From the NCBI RefSeq assembly GCF_006345805.1, contig NC_043012.1, forward strand, positions 59,272,001-59,336,000: a stretch of DNA of 64,000 nt, written 5' to 3'. Shown here piece after piece: positions 39,821 to 52,810 of this stretch (its first letter is position 1; the number at the start of each line of letters is the position of its first letter). Both the position numbers and the translations under genes were made by a program. The notes under the pieces were generated by a model, which worked only from the letters and a program-made list of their open reading frames with translations, was not told the DNA's origin and searched no databases. The stretch comes from Octopus sinensis (lineage: Eukaryota).

Positions 39821-41388
39821 TCTAAATCTCTCTAAAGGAGACTACGGCAACAGTACTGGGTATTAATAGCTATCGCCAAGTTAACATGCTCAGGTTCGTG
39901 TGTCATATCGGTAATTAGAGGCGATTGTCTCTTGGAGTTAATCAACGGCAGCATTCGTCCTATTTTTCTAGACTGCCATGTTAGCTTGGTGTAAAGTACT
40001 ATATTGATAATAAGGAGAATCAAGAATTTGAACATTCAAATTTTATGCTTATCTCCAGTTAGCTTATCCATAATGATTGACCGACACGGGTTTCGATTTT
40101 ACTAATGGCATATTGTTGTACATCCATATGTAGTGATTTACACATTATTAGTATGATCTCTTCAGGGTTTATAAATATGACATGGTTTGGAGGGGAATTT
40201 TTCCCCGTTATTAGCTTGAAACCCTGACCTTTCGTCGATGAGCTGTTTCTCTGAACTGAGTTGAGGAATGTTTTGGAATCCTTACACCCTGCCAATAACT
40301 TGCTTCGTATGAAACAATAAGGACTACTTTAAGTGATGTCTTTCTTGTAAATCTCACCTTAACCATCTTTAATAAAAGGCGTAGTGTAATTCTAGAATTA
40401 GCTGAGAGAATAAAAACCGTAATAATCATAACTGGACAGCGTTTACGCATTTCTTGTTTCCCTTTATCAGCCTGTTTTGGGGTCAAATAACAACAACAGG
40501 CATTTCAGTGATCCTTCAAATTAAACGTATTATCAGTGGCTGTATCGAAATATATTTACATAGCCAGGCGCATACGTGATCCTGTGGTGAAGGAACTCGC
40601 TTTACAATCGCGTGGTTTGACGCTGAGTCCCAACGTACGGCAATATCTTGTAAATGATTTTGGCAGAAGAATCTGTATCCAAATATGTCGCATATGCATA
40701 TGTGTGAGTGTGTGAGTGAAAGTGTGTGTGTGTGTGAAATGTGACTAAGTTTGCCTATCCTACACCACCTGTTAGCCGGTGTTGGTTTGTGTATGTCTCC
40801 TTAATTTAGCGATTTGGTAAAACACACCGATAGATTAAGTACCAGACTAGGAACTGAGATCGATTTTGTTTGACTAACTTCTTCAAGGCGGTACCCAGCA
40901 TGGCCGGCGTCCAATGACTAGAAAAAATAAAAGGTAAGAAAGAATAATATTTCGATAAACATAGAAATAACAGGAAAAAAATTAACTGTAAAACAGAGCT
41001 ATCTAACTTGCATACTTACGTCATTTGTCCGTATTATAGTCAAATTCAGAAACCCAGTTTTCAGCACTACCCATGTGATAGAGAATTCACAAAAAGAAAA
41101 AGTGGGGAATTGCTTCGTGACATAGCGAAAGATGTCCTTGCGTGAATCATAGATGAATCCGTAGATACATCGTATTTACGTCATTCGCTATAATGCGTCA
41201 GAATTGATTCCAAAAGCGTAGTTTTAGGCAAATGTTTTGCGCAACCGAAAGATTAAAAATTTAGAAAATCAAACACTACATGTAATTGCCGTTGTTACAG
41301 TAAAAACGAGAGATTTTGAGAGATATGCGAAAATGTATACTTATGTATATACATTTATTATATATATACGAATACATATTTTGGTAGG

Positions 41389-41468
<80 letters not shown>

Positions 41469-41797
41469 ACTAGAGGGAGAAACAGAAATAGTGAGAGATA
41501 TGTGTGTACGCCTACACACAGACGCACACACTAACACACACACATATATATTTTTTTGTTTTTTCATCTCACCTCACACACACCATAACACACACGCCAC
41601 CCACACACTCACACATACACACACACTCTGTTGCGTTACCAACCTTGTCTCCACTCTTTTGCCTTTAAAAACCCACTTTGCTCTGTTTTCGTAACATCAT
41701 CCGCCTTTCACCATGTGCAACTCGTAAACACCAGTCGTCTTTTTCTCTTTCCCTGTTGCCCGCGCTGGATCTTTCTTCCTCTCTCTTCCTTCTTTAT

Positions 41798-41832
41798 GTT
41801 TCCGACGAAGAGCTCCGCTCGAAACGTCATAC
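41798..41832 (+). ncRNA. Degenerate minimal Type I hammerhead motif (U4-to-C) in a pLTR-like repeat (~41630-41925)
   Basis: gttt-CCGACGA-a-gagc(tcc)gctc-GAAA-cg-TC-atac: perfect stem II, ACGU stem III, GUC triplet, one mismatch in stem I. Confidence 0.6.
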
Positions 41833-41947
41833 CTCCCTGCTCCTTTCCTGAGCGCCTATTAATAATAATACTGTAATTGTTCCATTGTTGTTGTTTTTTT
41901 TGTTTCCCGTTTGGATTAAAATTATATATATATATATAGATATATAG

Positions 41948-42014
<67 letters not shown>

Positions 42015-42033
42015 CAATATATTATATTATATC

Positions 42034-42069
<36 letters not shown>

Positions 42070-42095
42070 ATTATATCTATATATATATATATATA

Positions 42096-42130
<35 letters not shown>

Positions 42131-42157
42131 CTTATACATATATATATATATATATAT

Positions 42158-43142
42158 CTCAAGATTAATCAGCGAATCTCACTACGATGATCCGGTTCTT
42201 GACTGAAGACTGAGGGGTTCGAATGTCCTGTCCATGTTTATTGTATCGTCTTCTAAGAGTTATACGTTCTTGTCCATGTTGTATTTTTTACTTACCTTCA
42301 CATATATTCCAGGCGCCCCGTACCCCCCTTTATCATTAATGTGATCACATATTCTTAATAATGGTACGACTCTCTGTTTGTTCTCTCTCTCTCTCTCATT
42401 TTACTTGATCTGTCCCCCTCTCTCTCTCTCTCTTTTCTCTCTATTCATCTTCTCTTTCCTCTGATCCTTTGGTCTAGTCTTCCACTACCCTCCTATTTCT
42501 TTGTCTCGCTCTGCACTCACAGGTCATTCTTCGACACCCATCCCTTCTCCTCTCTGATTCCTTCTCTCTCTCTTTGCTTGTTGCGTTTTGTTTCCCCTTT
42601 CTCTCTCTCTCTTCCTTTGCTTCTCTTTCTTTTTCTTTTCCCTCTTCTCTGTCACGTGACTGTGGCCGAAATCTGCCTTTCAGCTCCTGACCCTCGTCGT
42701 GTTAACATCGTTGTTTCTCGTCCGCCGCTATAAAGGCTTTTTCCAATGCGCCAGAGAAAAAATTTGTTTGCTTGTTATCAGTCGTAAGACACTTGTTGTT
42801 TTCAACCGTTAATGCTTTTGTATTTCATGTTTCTGTATTCCATTATTGTTTTTTGTTTTTTTGTTTTTTTTATATCTGTCCCTTTTGCTGTCCTGGTGTT
42901 CGTATGCATTCGATCCTTCTTCCAGAAATTCTACGCTTCCAGCTTAGTTTTTCTAATGCTCGTTGCTTAGTTTTTCTTGGAGGGCTGGCCGTGATCTAGT
43001 AATCTCAAGATTAATCAGCCGAAATTACTACGATGATCCGGTTCTTGACTGAAGACTGAGGGGTTCGAATGTCCTGTCCATGTTTATTGTATCGTCTCTA
43101 AGAGTTATACGTTCTTGTCCATGTTGTATTTTTCTACTTACC

Positions 43143-43146
<4 letters not shown>
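42158..43146 (+). mobile_element. Repeat bounded by 143-bp direct repeats (42158-42300 and 43004-43146), Penelope-like partial-tandem architecture suspected
   Basis: Direct repeats are seen; a related copy lies on the opposite strand at about 57105-57225; no ORF, so class is inferred. Confidence 0.45.
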
Positions 43147-43189
<43 letters not shown>

Positions 43190-43191
<2 letters not shown>

Positions 43192-43573
43192 TATACATAT
43201 ATGCGTACATAATTAAAGATAAAATCAATTAATGACCTTATCAGTGGCCAGCATGTAATAAAACCATATAGGTAAAAATTAATATAGATATATAATTATG
43301 TCTTTTACATCTTTTCATCTTTTACTTGTCTCGGTCATTTGACAGCGGCTATGCTGGAACACCGCTTTTAAGTCGAGCATAGACCCAGGACTTATTCTTT
43401 GTAAGCCTAGTACTTATTCTATCGTCACTTTTGCGAACCGCTAAGTTACGGGACGTAAACTCACCAACATCGGTTGTCAAGCGATGTTGGGGACAAACAC
43501 AAACACACTCACACACACATACACACACACACACATACACACACACTCACACACACATACACACACACACACA

Positions 43574-43646
<73 letters not shown>

Positions 43647-44049
43647 TATACATATATGCGTACATAATTAAAGATAAAATCAATTAATGACCTTATCAGT
43701 GGCCAGCATGTAATAAAACCATATAGGTAAAAATTAATATAGATATATAATTATGTCTTTTACAAACATCTTTTCATCTTTTACTTGTCTCGGTCATTTG
43801 ACAGCGGCTATGCTGGAACCCGCTTTTAGTCGAGCAATAGACCCAGGACTTATTCTTGTAAGCCTAGTACTTATTCTAATCTATTCTAGTCTACGGTCAC
43901 TTTTGCGGAACCGCTAAGTTACGGGACGTAAACTCCACCAAACATCGGTTGTCAAGCGATGTTGGGGACAAACACAAACACACACTCACACACACATACA
44001 CACACACACAACCATACACACCACCTCACACACACATACACACACACCA

Positions 44050-44086
<37 letters not shown>

Positions 44087-44100
44087 AATATATATATATA
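43190..44100 (+). repeat. Near-identical ~455-bp tandem duplication, including the 3' half of a minus-strand family B SINE
   Basis: cttatacatatatgcgtacataattaaag at 43190 and 43645; differences are mostly small indels. Confidence 0.9.
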
Positions 44101-44751
44101 TATATATAATATATATATATATTATATATATACATATACATATATAAGACGGGCTCCTTTCAGTTTCCGTGTCTACAAATCCACTCACAAGGCTTTGGTC
44201 GCCCCGAGGCTATAGTATGAGACACATGTACAAATACATGCGTATATATACTAATACATACATATATTCACGCGTATATATACGAGGCAAATCCGATTAT
44301 TCATTTCAACCACGTGCGTATTTGATCAAGATAATACTGCAGCAAATATCAGGATTAGAGTGAATAAATAATTATATATGCTTATATGATTAAGGATAAA
44401 ATCAATTAATTATTCTATCAATGGCCAACATGTAATAAATACCATATAGGTAAAAATTGATATAGGTATATAATTGTATAGAAATAATTGTAATTAATGG
44501 TACTAAGAAACAGTACCTACATGCTAGAGATAGACGTCAAATGACTCTAAAAACCACTTTATATTATACTCCATTAGCATAAGGCTGAAAGCGAAGAAAT
44601 AAATATAATAAATTTAGCAAAAGTACTTTTTGAGATTAATACATACATATATTCACACGTATATATGTGTGAACATATGTATATATTAATGTATATATGC
44701 ATGTATTTGTGTGAGCATCTATATATAGTTACATTTATATACTTTAGGTAT

Positions 44752-44811
44752 ATTCTACTGATGACAGTAAAGTAATTGTATTACTAAGCCAGAAATCGGA
44801 CGATCTAGAAT
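44752..44811 (+). ncRNA. Type I hammerhead motif (base of stem II degenerate)
   Basis: attcta-CTGATGA-c-agtaa(agtaattgta)ttact-aagcca-GAAA-tcg(ga)cga-TC-tagaat: perfect 6-bp stem I, AUC triplet. Confidence 0.7.
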
Positions 44812-45080
44812 TAACCTCAACAAATATATTTTTAGTAAATCTCGTTTAATTCATTTCCTTGCTTTCAGCCTTGTGCTAATGGATTGTAATTAGAAGTGGT
44901 TTTTGGAGTCATTTGACATCTATCTCTAGCGTGTTGATGCTGTTTCTGAGTACTCTTAATTATAATTATATCTATACAAATATATGTCTATATTATACAT
45001 GTATATTCACACATACATATATGTGTGTCCGTGTGTCTGTGTGTGTGGTGTGTGTGTGTGTAGACAGATAGATAGATGGG

Positions 45081-45151
<71 letters not shown>

Positions 45152-45177
45152 ACTTAAATATATATGTCCATACATAA

Positions 45178-45540
45178 CCGGTTCCGGGTTTAGTCCCACT
45201 GCGTGGCACCTTAAGCAAGTGTCTTCTACTATAGCCTTGGTCCGACCAATGACTTGTGAGTGGATTTGGTAGACGGAAACTGAAAGAAGCCTGTCGTATA
45301 TAATTGCATATATGTGTGTGTGTATGTGTGTGTGTTCGTGTGTCTCCATTTGCCCCCAGCATTGCTTGACAACCGATGTTGGTCTGTTTACGTCCCCGTA
45401 ACTTATCGGTTCGGCAAAAGGAAACCGATAGAAACATTACTGAGCTTACAAAGAATAAGTTCTGGGGTCGATTTGTTCGACTAAAAGGCGGTGCTTCAAC
45501 ATGACCACAGTCAAATGACTGAAACAAATAAAAGAATAAC
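45178..45540 (+). mobile_element. Family B SINE, 5'-truncated
   Basis: ccgggtttagtcccactgcgtggcacc...gactgaaacaaataaaaga. Confidence 0.85.
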
Positions 45541-45589
45541 AGATTTTATATACATACACGTAGTTATTTTCATAAGCGTATTGACAGAC

Positions 45590-45670
<81 letters not shown>

Positions 45671-48240
45671 TAGACGCTTAACATGGGCGCACATAATGCA
45701 CATGTACATACAATAACAGAGAGTAAAGAGCTGGAGTAACTTAACAGACATTTTCGCCAAATATGACTCCCAAGTCAATTCGAAGACCTAGTTTTCAGCA
45801 ATCTGAAGGTACTAATGAAGATTTATAGAAGCAAGAGCAAAACAAGTGAAATATGTCGCTATGGGACACATAGAAAAGGCTATAGATTTATTTAACATAC
45901 GTTGTTGGCAATAACTATGTCGCAAATGAATTCGAAGGTCTCGTCTTTGGCAATTATACACATCTAACAAATATTTATAGTAAAATCAAAAAAAGCAAAA
46001 AAGAAAAGAAAACACAATCATGTGTTTGTGTGGCAGACATGTTTAGTAGAATATTTTTTCTTTTGCAATTAGTTTTTTTTCAAATGTAATGTATGAAATA
46101 TGTTTTATTTTCTTTCATGGCATATTTTTAAAAAAAATAACAGGAATGAGAATCTGAGACAAACAATGAAATTATCATTGTTCTGTTCTACCATTTTAAT
46201 ACTTCAAACTATTCGGATAACTGAACTAATCTTTTGGTTGACAAAAACACTATAAATAAAGAAATATTTCCTAAAATGAACAACCATTGCTCATGACGAT
46301 TTCCTCTTGTGAAACGTGGCGGAGTAATGGCGGGGTGTAAGAGAGAAATATGGAGGAGGAGGAAGAGGAAAAAAAATTAGAAAAATACGAGAAGACAGCA
46401 GCCGGCGGTTTTGTAAGTGAAATCAAGCGTAGGTATATATGTTGATGAGAAAGGAACGGAAAAGAACGGAAGCGAGGCAAAGTGATAGAGGGGTGAGTTA
46501 GTGAGAGAGAGAGAGAGAGAAAGTAACTGGCGTGTGAGGGAGAGAGATAGAGGCAGAGAGACAGAGAGCGAGAGAGAAGTAGAGGTCGTATGAGATGAAC
46601 TGTATCTTCATTGGGGTTGAAGACCTATTGTGGGAACACACAATATCACACTATTATTCTCTATGCACGGTTTGTTTGCCTTTGTTTCCATTCAAAAGAA
46701 ATAATAAAGCGATAATTAAACAAAAGAAAGAAAACGAAAACAAACACAAAACACATAAAACAAAAGACCAACAAAAAAAATGATGACTGTATGACTTTTA
46801 TTGAACAGTTCAAGCGGCTGTTTTTGAGTGTTTTATGGAAAATAAAGTGTTTAACCTTATTTTTTAAATCATTTTTGTTCTTTTTTATCTTTCATTTTTT
46901 GTTCTCATTTTTTTTCTGTATTTTTTATTGGTGGGTGGATTTTTTTTTGCATTTGTTTCGTTTTTTCTTAGCTTTTTTTTTTTCAATATTTTTTGTATCT
47001 ATTGTCTTTCATTTTTTTCTGGTTTTGCCTGGGTGCCGGTTACAGAAAATTGTTCTACGCTTCACTGATCGTTCAGCTATGGAATTGTATTCCAATAATA
47101 TTACACATTTCGATTCAGATCAGTTTACATTTGGCAGAATTTATAGAATATACTACAACAGAACATTACTCTTACTAAAAAAAAAATGGCTGCCGTTGAG
47201 GAAGATTTTTTTTCTGCTCCAAGCTGGGTGTCTCCAACCCCTTTCTCGCTGTTTCCTTTTTTCCTTGCTCTTCTTATTCAAAGCATTATTAGTTTTTTGT
47301 TGTTCTTTTTCGCTTTGTCTTGAAGTATTGAAAAGTAAATAAATTTTTAGGCTAGACTATTTTTTAAACAAATTTTTATAATGCATTTTATTTCTCCATT
47401 GCTGTCTATTCCACTGCTTGCCAAGAATTTTCAAGCTGAAGAACACTTCTGCTAGACAATAGAACATGGACAATAAACAAGGTTCTATTGGCTTTCACTT
47501 TAACCCCATTTTCTTATCTCAAGAATTAACTCCTCGGGATATCAGTTTTAATCAATTGTCATTCTCCGTTCTTACTGACAAATGGAATGACTTTCTACTC
47601 ATATGGGTCTTCTCTCTACTCCCTAAAATCCTTATCGGGAGAGTTCATTTTCAAGAAGCTGTTAAAATGTGTTTGCCCTGACGGAAAAGATGTGAGTTAG
47701 CTGTGAACTTCTTGTATAAACACTCGCGCGCGTATACGTTGAAACACGCGCATGCCCACATATGTCTTTACCTTTTGATTGTCTCAGTCATTAGAGAGCA
47801 GTCATACTGGAGCAACTCGTTAACATATTTTAGTCGAACAAAACGACCCTAGTACTTATTTCGTTTGTTTATTTTTGTAAAAGCTCCTGCTTAAGCTGTT
47901 GGTTTATTTCACCGAACCGCTAGGTTACGGTGAAGTAAGCACAGAAACACTGGTTGTTTAATGGTGGCGGAAGGAAAACACATACACGAATACACACACA
48001 CACACACACAAACATATACACACACATACATACATACATACATAATACACAAATATATACATATATACATATATATAATTATATGAAAAGTATATGCATA
48101 TATATACATATTTATGATACATATATATATATATATACATGTATACACAAACATTTTTGTATATGTATATATATATGTACGTATGTATATATATATATAT
48201 ATAAATATGTGTGTGTGTATGTATGTATGTTGTATATATA

Positions 48241-48334
<94 letters not shown>

Positions 48335-48837
48335 ATGTATGTATGTATGTGTGTATATATAGGCGCAGGTGTAGCTGTGTAGTAAGAAGCTCACTACTCT
48401 ATCACATGGTTCTAGATTCAGTCTCACTACGTGGCACCATGGGCAAATGACTTCGACTAAAGGCCGCGCTCCGGCATGGCCGCAGTCTACTCCCTAAAAT
48501 CCTTAAATGAAAATATATATATGTATTCAAATGAATTATCACATACGAATATCTATCGTATGTGATTATTCATTTAATTATAATGCACCAAGGGAATTTA
48601 TTGTCGGAGCCCCTAGAATATAGCAACTACGTACTGCATAAAGTAAAGCCTAATTTAGACCAGCCTCTTAGGCCCTAAATATTCATACGGTTCCCTTCCT
48701 CTGTGTAAAACCGAAATATTCTATCTGTTATTTCGACTCTCACCAACCATAGGCTGGAACCATGGACATTACCCAACGATGCATCCCTACCTGGTGCATG
48801 GCTTTTCAAGTACCTCATTCTATATGAATCCTCATCT

Positions 48838-48911
<74 letters not shown>

Positions 48912-48950
48912 ATCTATCTATCTATATTTATATCTATCTATCTATCTATC

Positions 48951-49050
<100 letters not shown>

Positions 49051-49084
49051 TCTAGATAGATAGATAGATAGATAGATAGATATC

Positions 49085-49119
<35 letters not shown>

Positions 49120-49162
49120 TTAGATAGATAGATAGACAGACAGACAGAGAGATAGGTAAGGA

Positions 49163-49485
49163 GTACTCCGTCGTTTACGACGACGAGGGTTCCAGCTGAT
49201 ACGACCAACGGAACAGCTTGCTCGTGAAATTAACGTGCAAGTGGCTGAGCAATCCACAGACACTTGTACCCCTAACATAATTCTCAGGGAGATTCAGCGT
49301 GACACAGAGTGTGACAAGGCTGGTCCTTTGAAGTACAGGTACAACTCAGTTTTGCCAGCTGAGTGTGACTAGAACAACATGGAATAAAGTGTCTTGCCCC
49401 AGGACACAACTCCTCGCCGGGAATTGAACTCACGACCTTACGATCGGTGAGTCGAATGCCCTAACCACTAAGCCACGCGCCTTCA
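49163..49485 (-). mobile_element. Family D SINE, nearly complete
   Basis: Reverse complement reads ggcgcgtggcttagtggttagggcattcgactc...gagttcaattcc...accctcgtcgtcgtaaacgacggagtac. Confidence 0.85.
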
Positions 49486-49530
49486 TGATAGATAGATAGA
49501 GAGCTGTATGTATGTATGTATGTATGTATG

Positions 49531-49564
<34 letters not shown>

Positions 49565-49751
49565 TGTATGTATGTATGTATGTATGTATGTATGTATGTA
49601 TGTATGTATGTATATGACGAGCTCCATTCAGTTTTCGTCGACTAACAAGGCATTTTGGTCGGGCCGCGGTTATAGTAGAAAACACTAGCCCAAAGTATCA
49701 CGCATATATATATATATATATATCTGTATCTCTCTCTTGCTCTCTATATCT

Positions 49752-49789
<38 letters not shown>

Positions 49790-49826
49790 TATATATATAT
49801 ATAATATATATCGTATCTCTCTCTTG

Positions 49827-49857
<31 letters not shown>

Positions 49858-49879
49858 TATATATATATATATATATATA

Positions 49880-49917
<38 letters not shown>

Positions 49918-49975
49918 GGTCCCGGGTTGAGTCGGGGTTAACCACAGTAAATAAGGTACTCAATACATAAATTAA

Positions 49976-50110
49976 TTATTTTATAGAAGGGGCTTCTACA
50001 GGACTAGAACTGTTTCATTCAAAAGAAATCATCAGGAAGCCTATGATGCTTCCTGATGATTTCTTTTGAATGAAACAGTTCTAGTCTGTAGAAGCTCCTC
50101 TATAAAATAA
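49976..50110. repeat. Palindrome with ~64-bp arms and a 7-nt loop
   Basis: ttattttatagaaggggcttctacaggactagaactgtttcattcaaaagaaatcatcaggaagc-ctatgat-gcttcctgatgatttcttttgaatgaaacagttctagtctgtagaagctcctctataaaataa. Confidence 0.95.
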
Positions 50111-50168
<58 letters not shown>

Positions 50169-50431
50169 TAGAGGCATTTTCAAATATGATCGTACCTATA
50201 GTATCTACGAGTCAATGAGGATATTCTAATAACGTCGTGAAACTTGCTAAACAAAATAGGAACCACATCAACATTAAGTTGCATCCTAGAGCATTAGACA
50301 TCAACCACATTTCACTTACGGACTCATTTCTACCTGTTTTAAAAGATGTCTAAGAACACTTTTTATATTTTTATGATTGAAATGTTATTAGGGAATTCTA
50401 TTTAGAAATGTCTAAATATCTTATGTGAGTG

Positions 50432-50720
50432 GGTGCAATGGCCCAGTATTTAGGGCAGCGGACACGCGGTCGCAGGAATGCGGTTTCAATTCCCAGACCG
50501 GGCGTTGTGTGTGTTTATTGAGCGAAAACACCTGAAATGTCCACGAGGCTCCGGCAGGGGTTGCTGGCGACCCCTGTTGTACTCTTTTGCCCCAAATGTC
50601 TCTCACTCTTTCTTCCTGTTTCTTGAGTAACGCTGCCATGAACTAGCATCCCGTCTAGCTGGGAGGGGGGGTCGCACACGACATAGAAACCGAGAAACCT
50701 GGCTAGGCTTGAAAAGGTCG
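50432..50720 (+). mobile_element. Family C SINE
   Basis: ggtgcaatggcccagtatttagggcagcgg head and body matching the 11300 copy. Confidence 0.8.
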
Positions 50721-51311
50721 CATAAATAAAAAATTTTTTATATATTCTAGAAGTATAACCAGTTCACTGCACATAGATTTTAACAACAAAATCTTAAATA
50801 TATGGACCCCCGGATGAGAACCACATCCCAAAAGACACTTTTGTATGTGACTTTTATCTTTTAGCTGTTACTGGTTCCAATCATTGGACTGCAGCCATAC
50901 TGGGCTAGACTTTGAAGAGCTTAGTGGAACAAATCCATACCTGTATTACTTTATTAAATACGGTGCTTATATTGTCGCCTTGTGTTTCCGATGAGCTAAG
51001 TTACAGACACGGAAACAAGGGAGCACCAATTTTCATAGCTTCGAATAACCTATAAAATATTGGGCAAGAGCTCAACTCTGAACACATCCTTCCCTTAGCA
51101 GAATCAGCTGTGTGTGAATGGAATATATTCCATAATAAATTATATTCCGTACTGAGGTACATTCCGTTTATTTTGTTAGTATTTCATTGAGATCATAGTT
51201 TGTGCTCTCCTGACGCCTTAATCTAACGAATAATCATATTGACTCTAGCGACTGCTTTTCCAGTTTTGCTATGCCTAAGCGACATCAATATATATATATG
51301 TATGTAATGTA

Positions 51312-51344
<33 letters not shown>

Positions 51345-51407
51345 ATAATATATATATATATTATATATATATATACAATATTTCCCTCCTTGTACATATA
51401 TGTATAA

Positions 51408-51460
<53 letters not shown>

Positions 51461-52640
51461 ATTATATATATTACATACATAGAGAGAGAGACAGAGAGAG
51501 AGAGAGAGATGTCTGTGTGTGCGTGTGTTTCCGTTGTATAAATAAGGAAAGCCGCAAATTAATGTAAAGTACTCAATACAAAGAGTGAAAGTATGTATAA
51601 CGATAACTGTTACAAGACAAGTGCTCTTGGCTTCACATTCAATATCGGAGTAAAATAATGATTAGATCGCCTTTCGATAACAAAGCGCGTAAGATGTGGT
51701 CTCTAAAATCGATGGTCAAAGACCATTGAATGACCCTAGCGTGAAGTCGATGGCGGTAAGCACAAGAAATGGACATATAAAGGCCCTATACAGGGAACAA
51801 TTGGTATTAATGTAGAGAAAGAGAGAGGATAGTGAGTGGAAGAGAGATGGGCGAGAAAGGACGTTACTGTCTGGGACAAAATAAATAGAGGCAATGTCAA
51901 GGTCACTGAAACAGGTCACCTAAATTCAATGACTTTGGCAGGTCAACTTATCTGTCACATCCCAAACAATACTATCTTCTTTCTTGCTATCTTTTGTTTG
52001 TCACTCACTCTTCCTCTCCTTCCGTCTGAGACTGTCTTTTCATACACGTCAACACTAATACATGTCTAAGACTAGCATTATCTTTGCCTACACCCAACCA
52101 TTTTGATTCGAATCCTATTTGCCAATGAAAGGAGAGACCTCCGGAAGCAAACCTCATTCCCTTGTCTGTGCACAGGCCTTCCCATACAGTAAATGTATCT
52201 ACCCCCAAGTTTTCATACACTAACATTAATTCTAAAATGAGCTAAGTCGGAATAGTTTTTTTCCAGATATGACCCCTTGTGTATGTTGGGGAGGTTGTGC
52301 ATGTGCATGTGTATGAGTGTGTATGCGGTGTGTGTGTGTGTGTGTGTGTGCGTGTGTACGTATGTGTCTAGCTCTGCGTCTGGGTGTGTGTGCGTGTGTG
52401 TGCTTCACTGTGTATGCGTGTGTACGTCTGTGCCTACCAGCGTGCGTGTGAGTGTATGTGTTTGAGCATGTGTATGTATGTGTATTTGTATATGTCTCCG
52501 TATATAGATAGAGCGACCGCTGGGTAGTGTATACAAGCATGGATATATGGATGGATGGATGAATGGTTTGGCAGACAGACGGACAGACGGGCGGATGAAT
52601 GGACGCAGGAATGGATGGACGAATGGGTGTAAATACATAT

Positions 52641-52684
<44 letters not shown>

Positions 52685-52685
52685 G

Positions 52686-52717
<32 letters not shown>

Positions 52718-52752
52718 AGATAGATAGATAGATAGATAGGTAGGTAGATAGG

Positions 52753-52784
<32 letters not shown>

Positions 52785-52810
52785 CAGACAGATAGATAGA
52801 TAGATAGATA

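Noticed and set aside
42195-42235. CTGAAGA...GAAT and the related CTGATGA...GAAA at 57165-57195 (-) as hammerheads
   Set aside because: No stem II, stem III or stem I can be formed around the core strings.
47030-47175. Complex ORF segment KIVLRFTDRSAMELYSNN after a pyrimidine tract
   Set aside because: No clear donor site and no family similarity I recognise.
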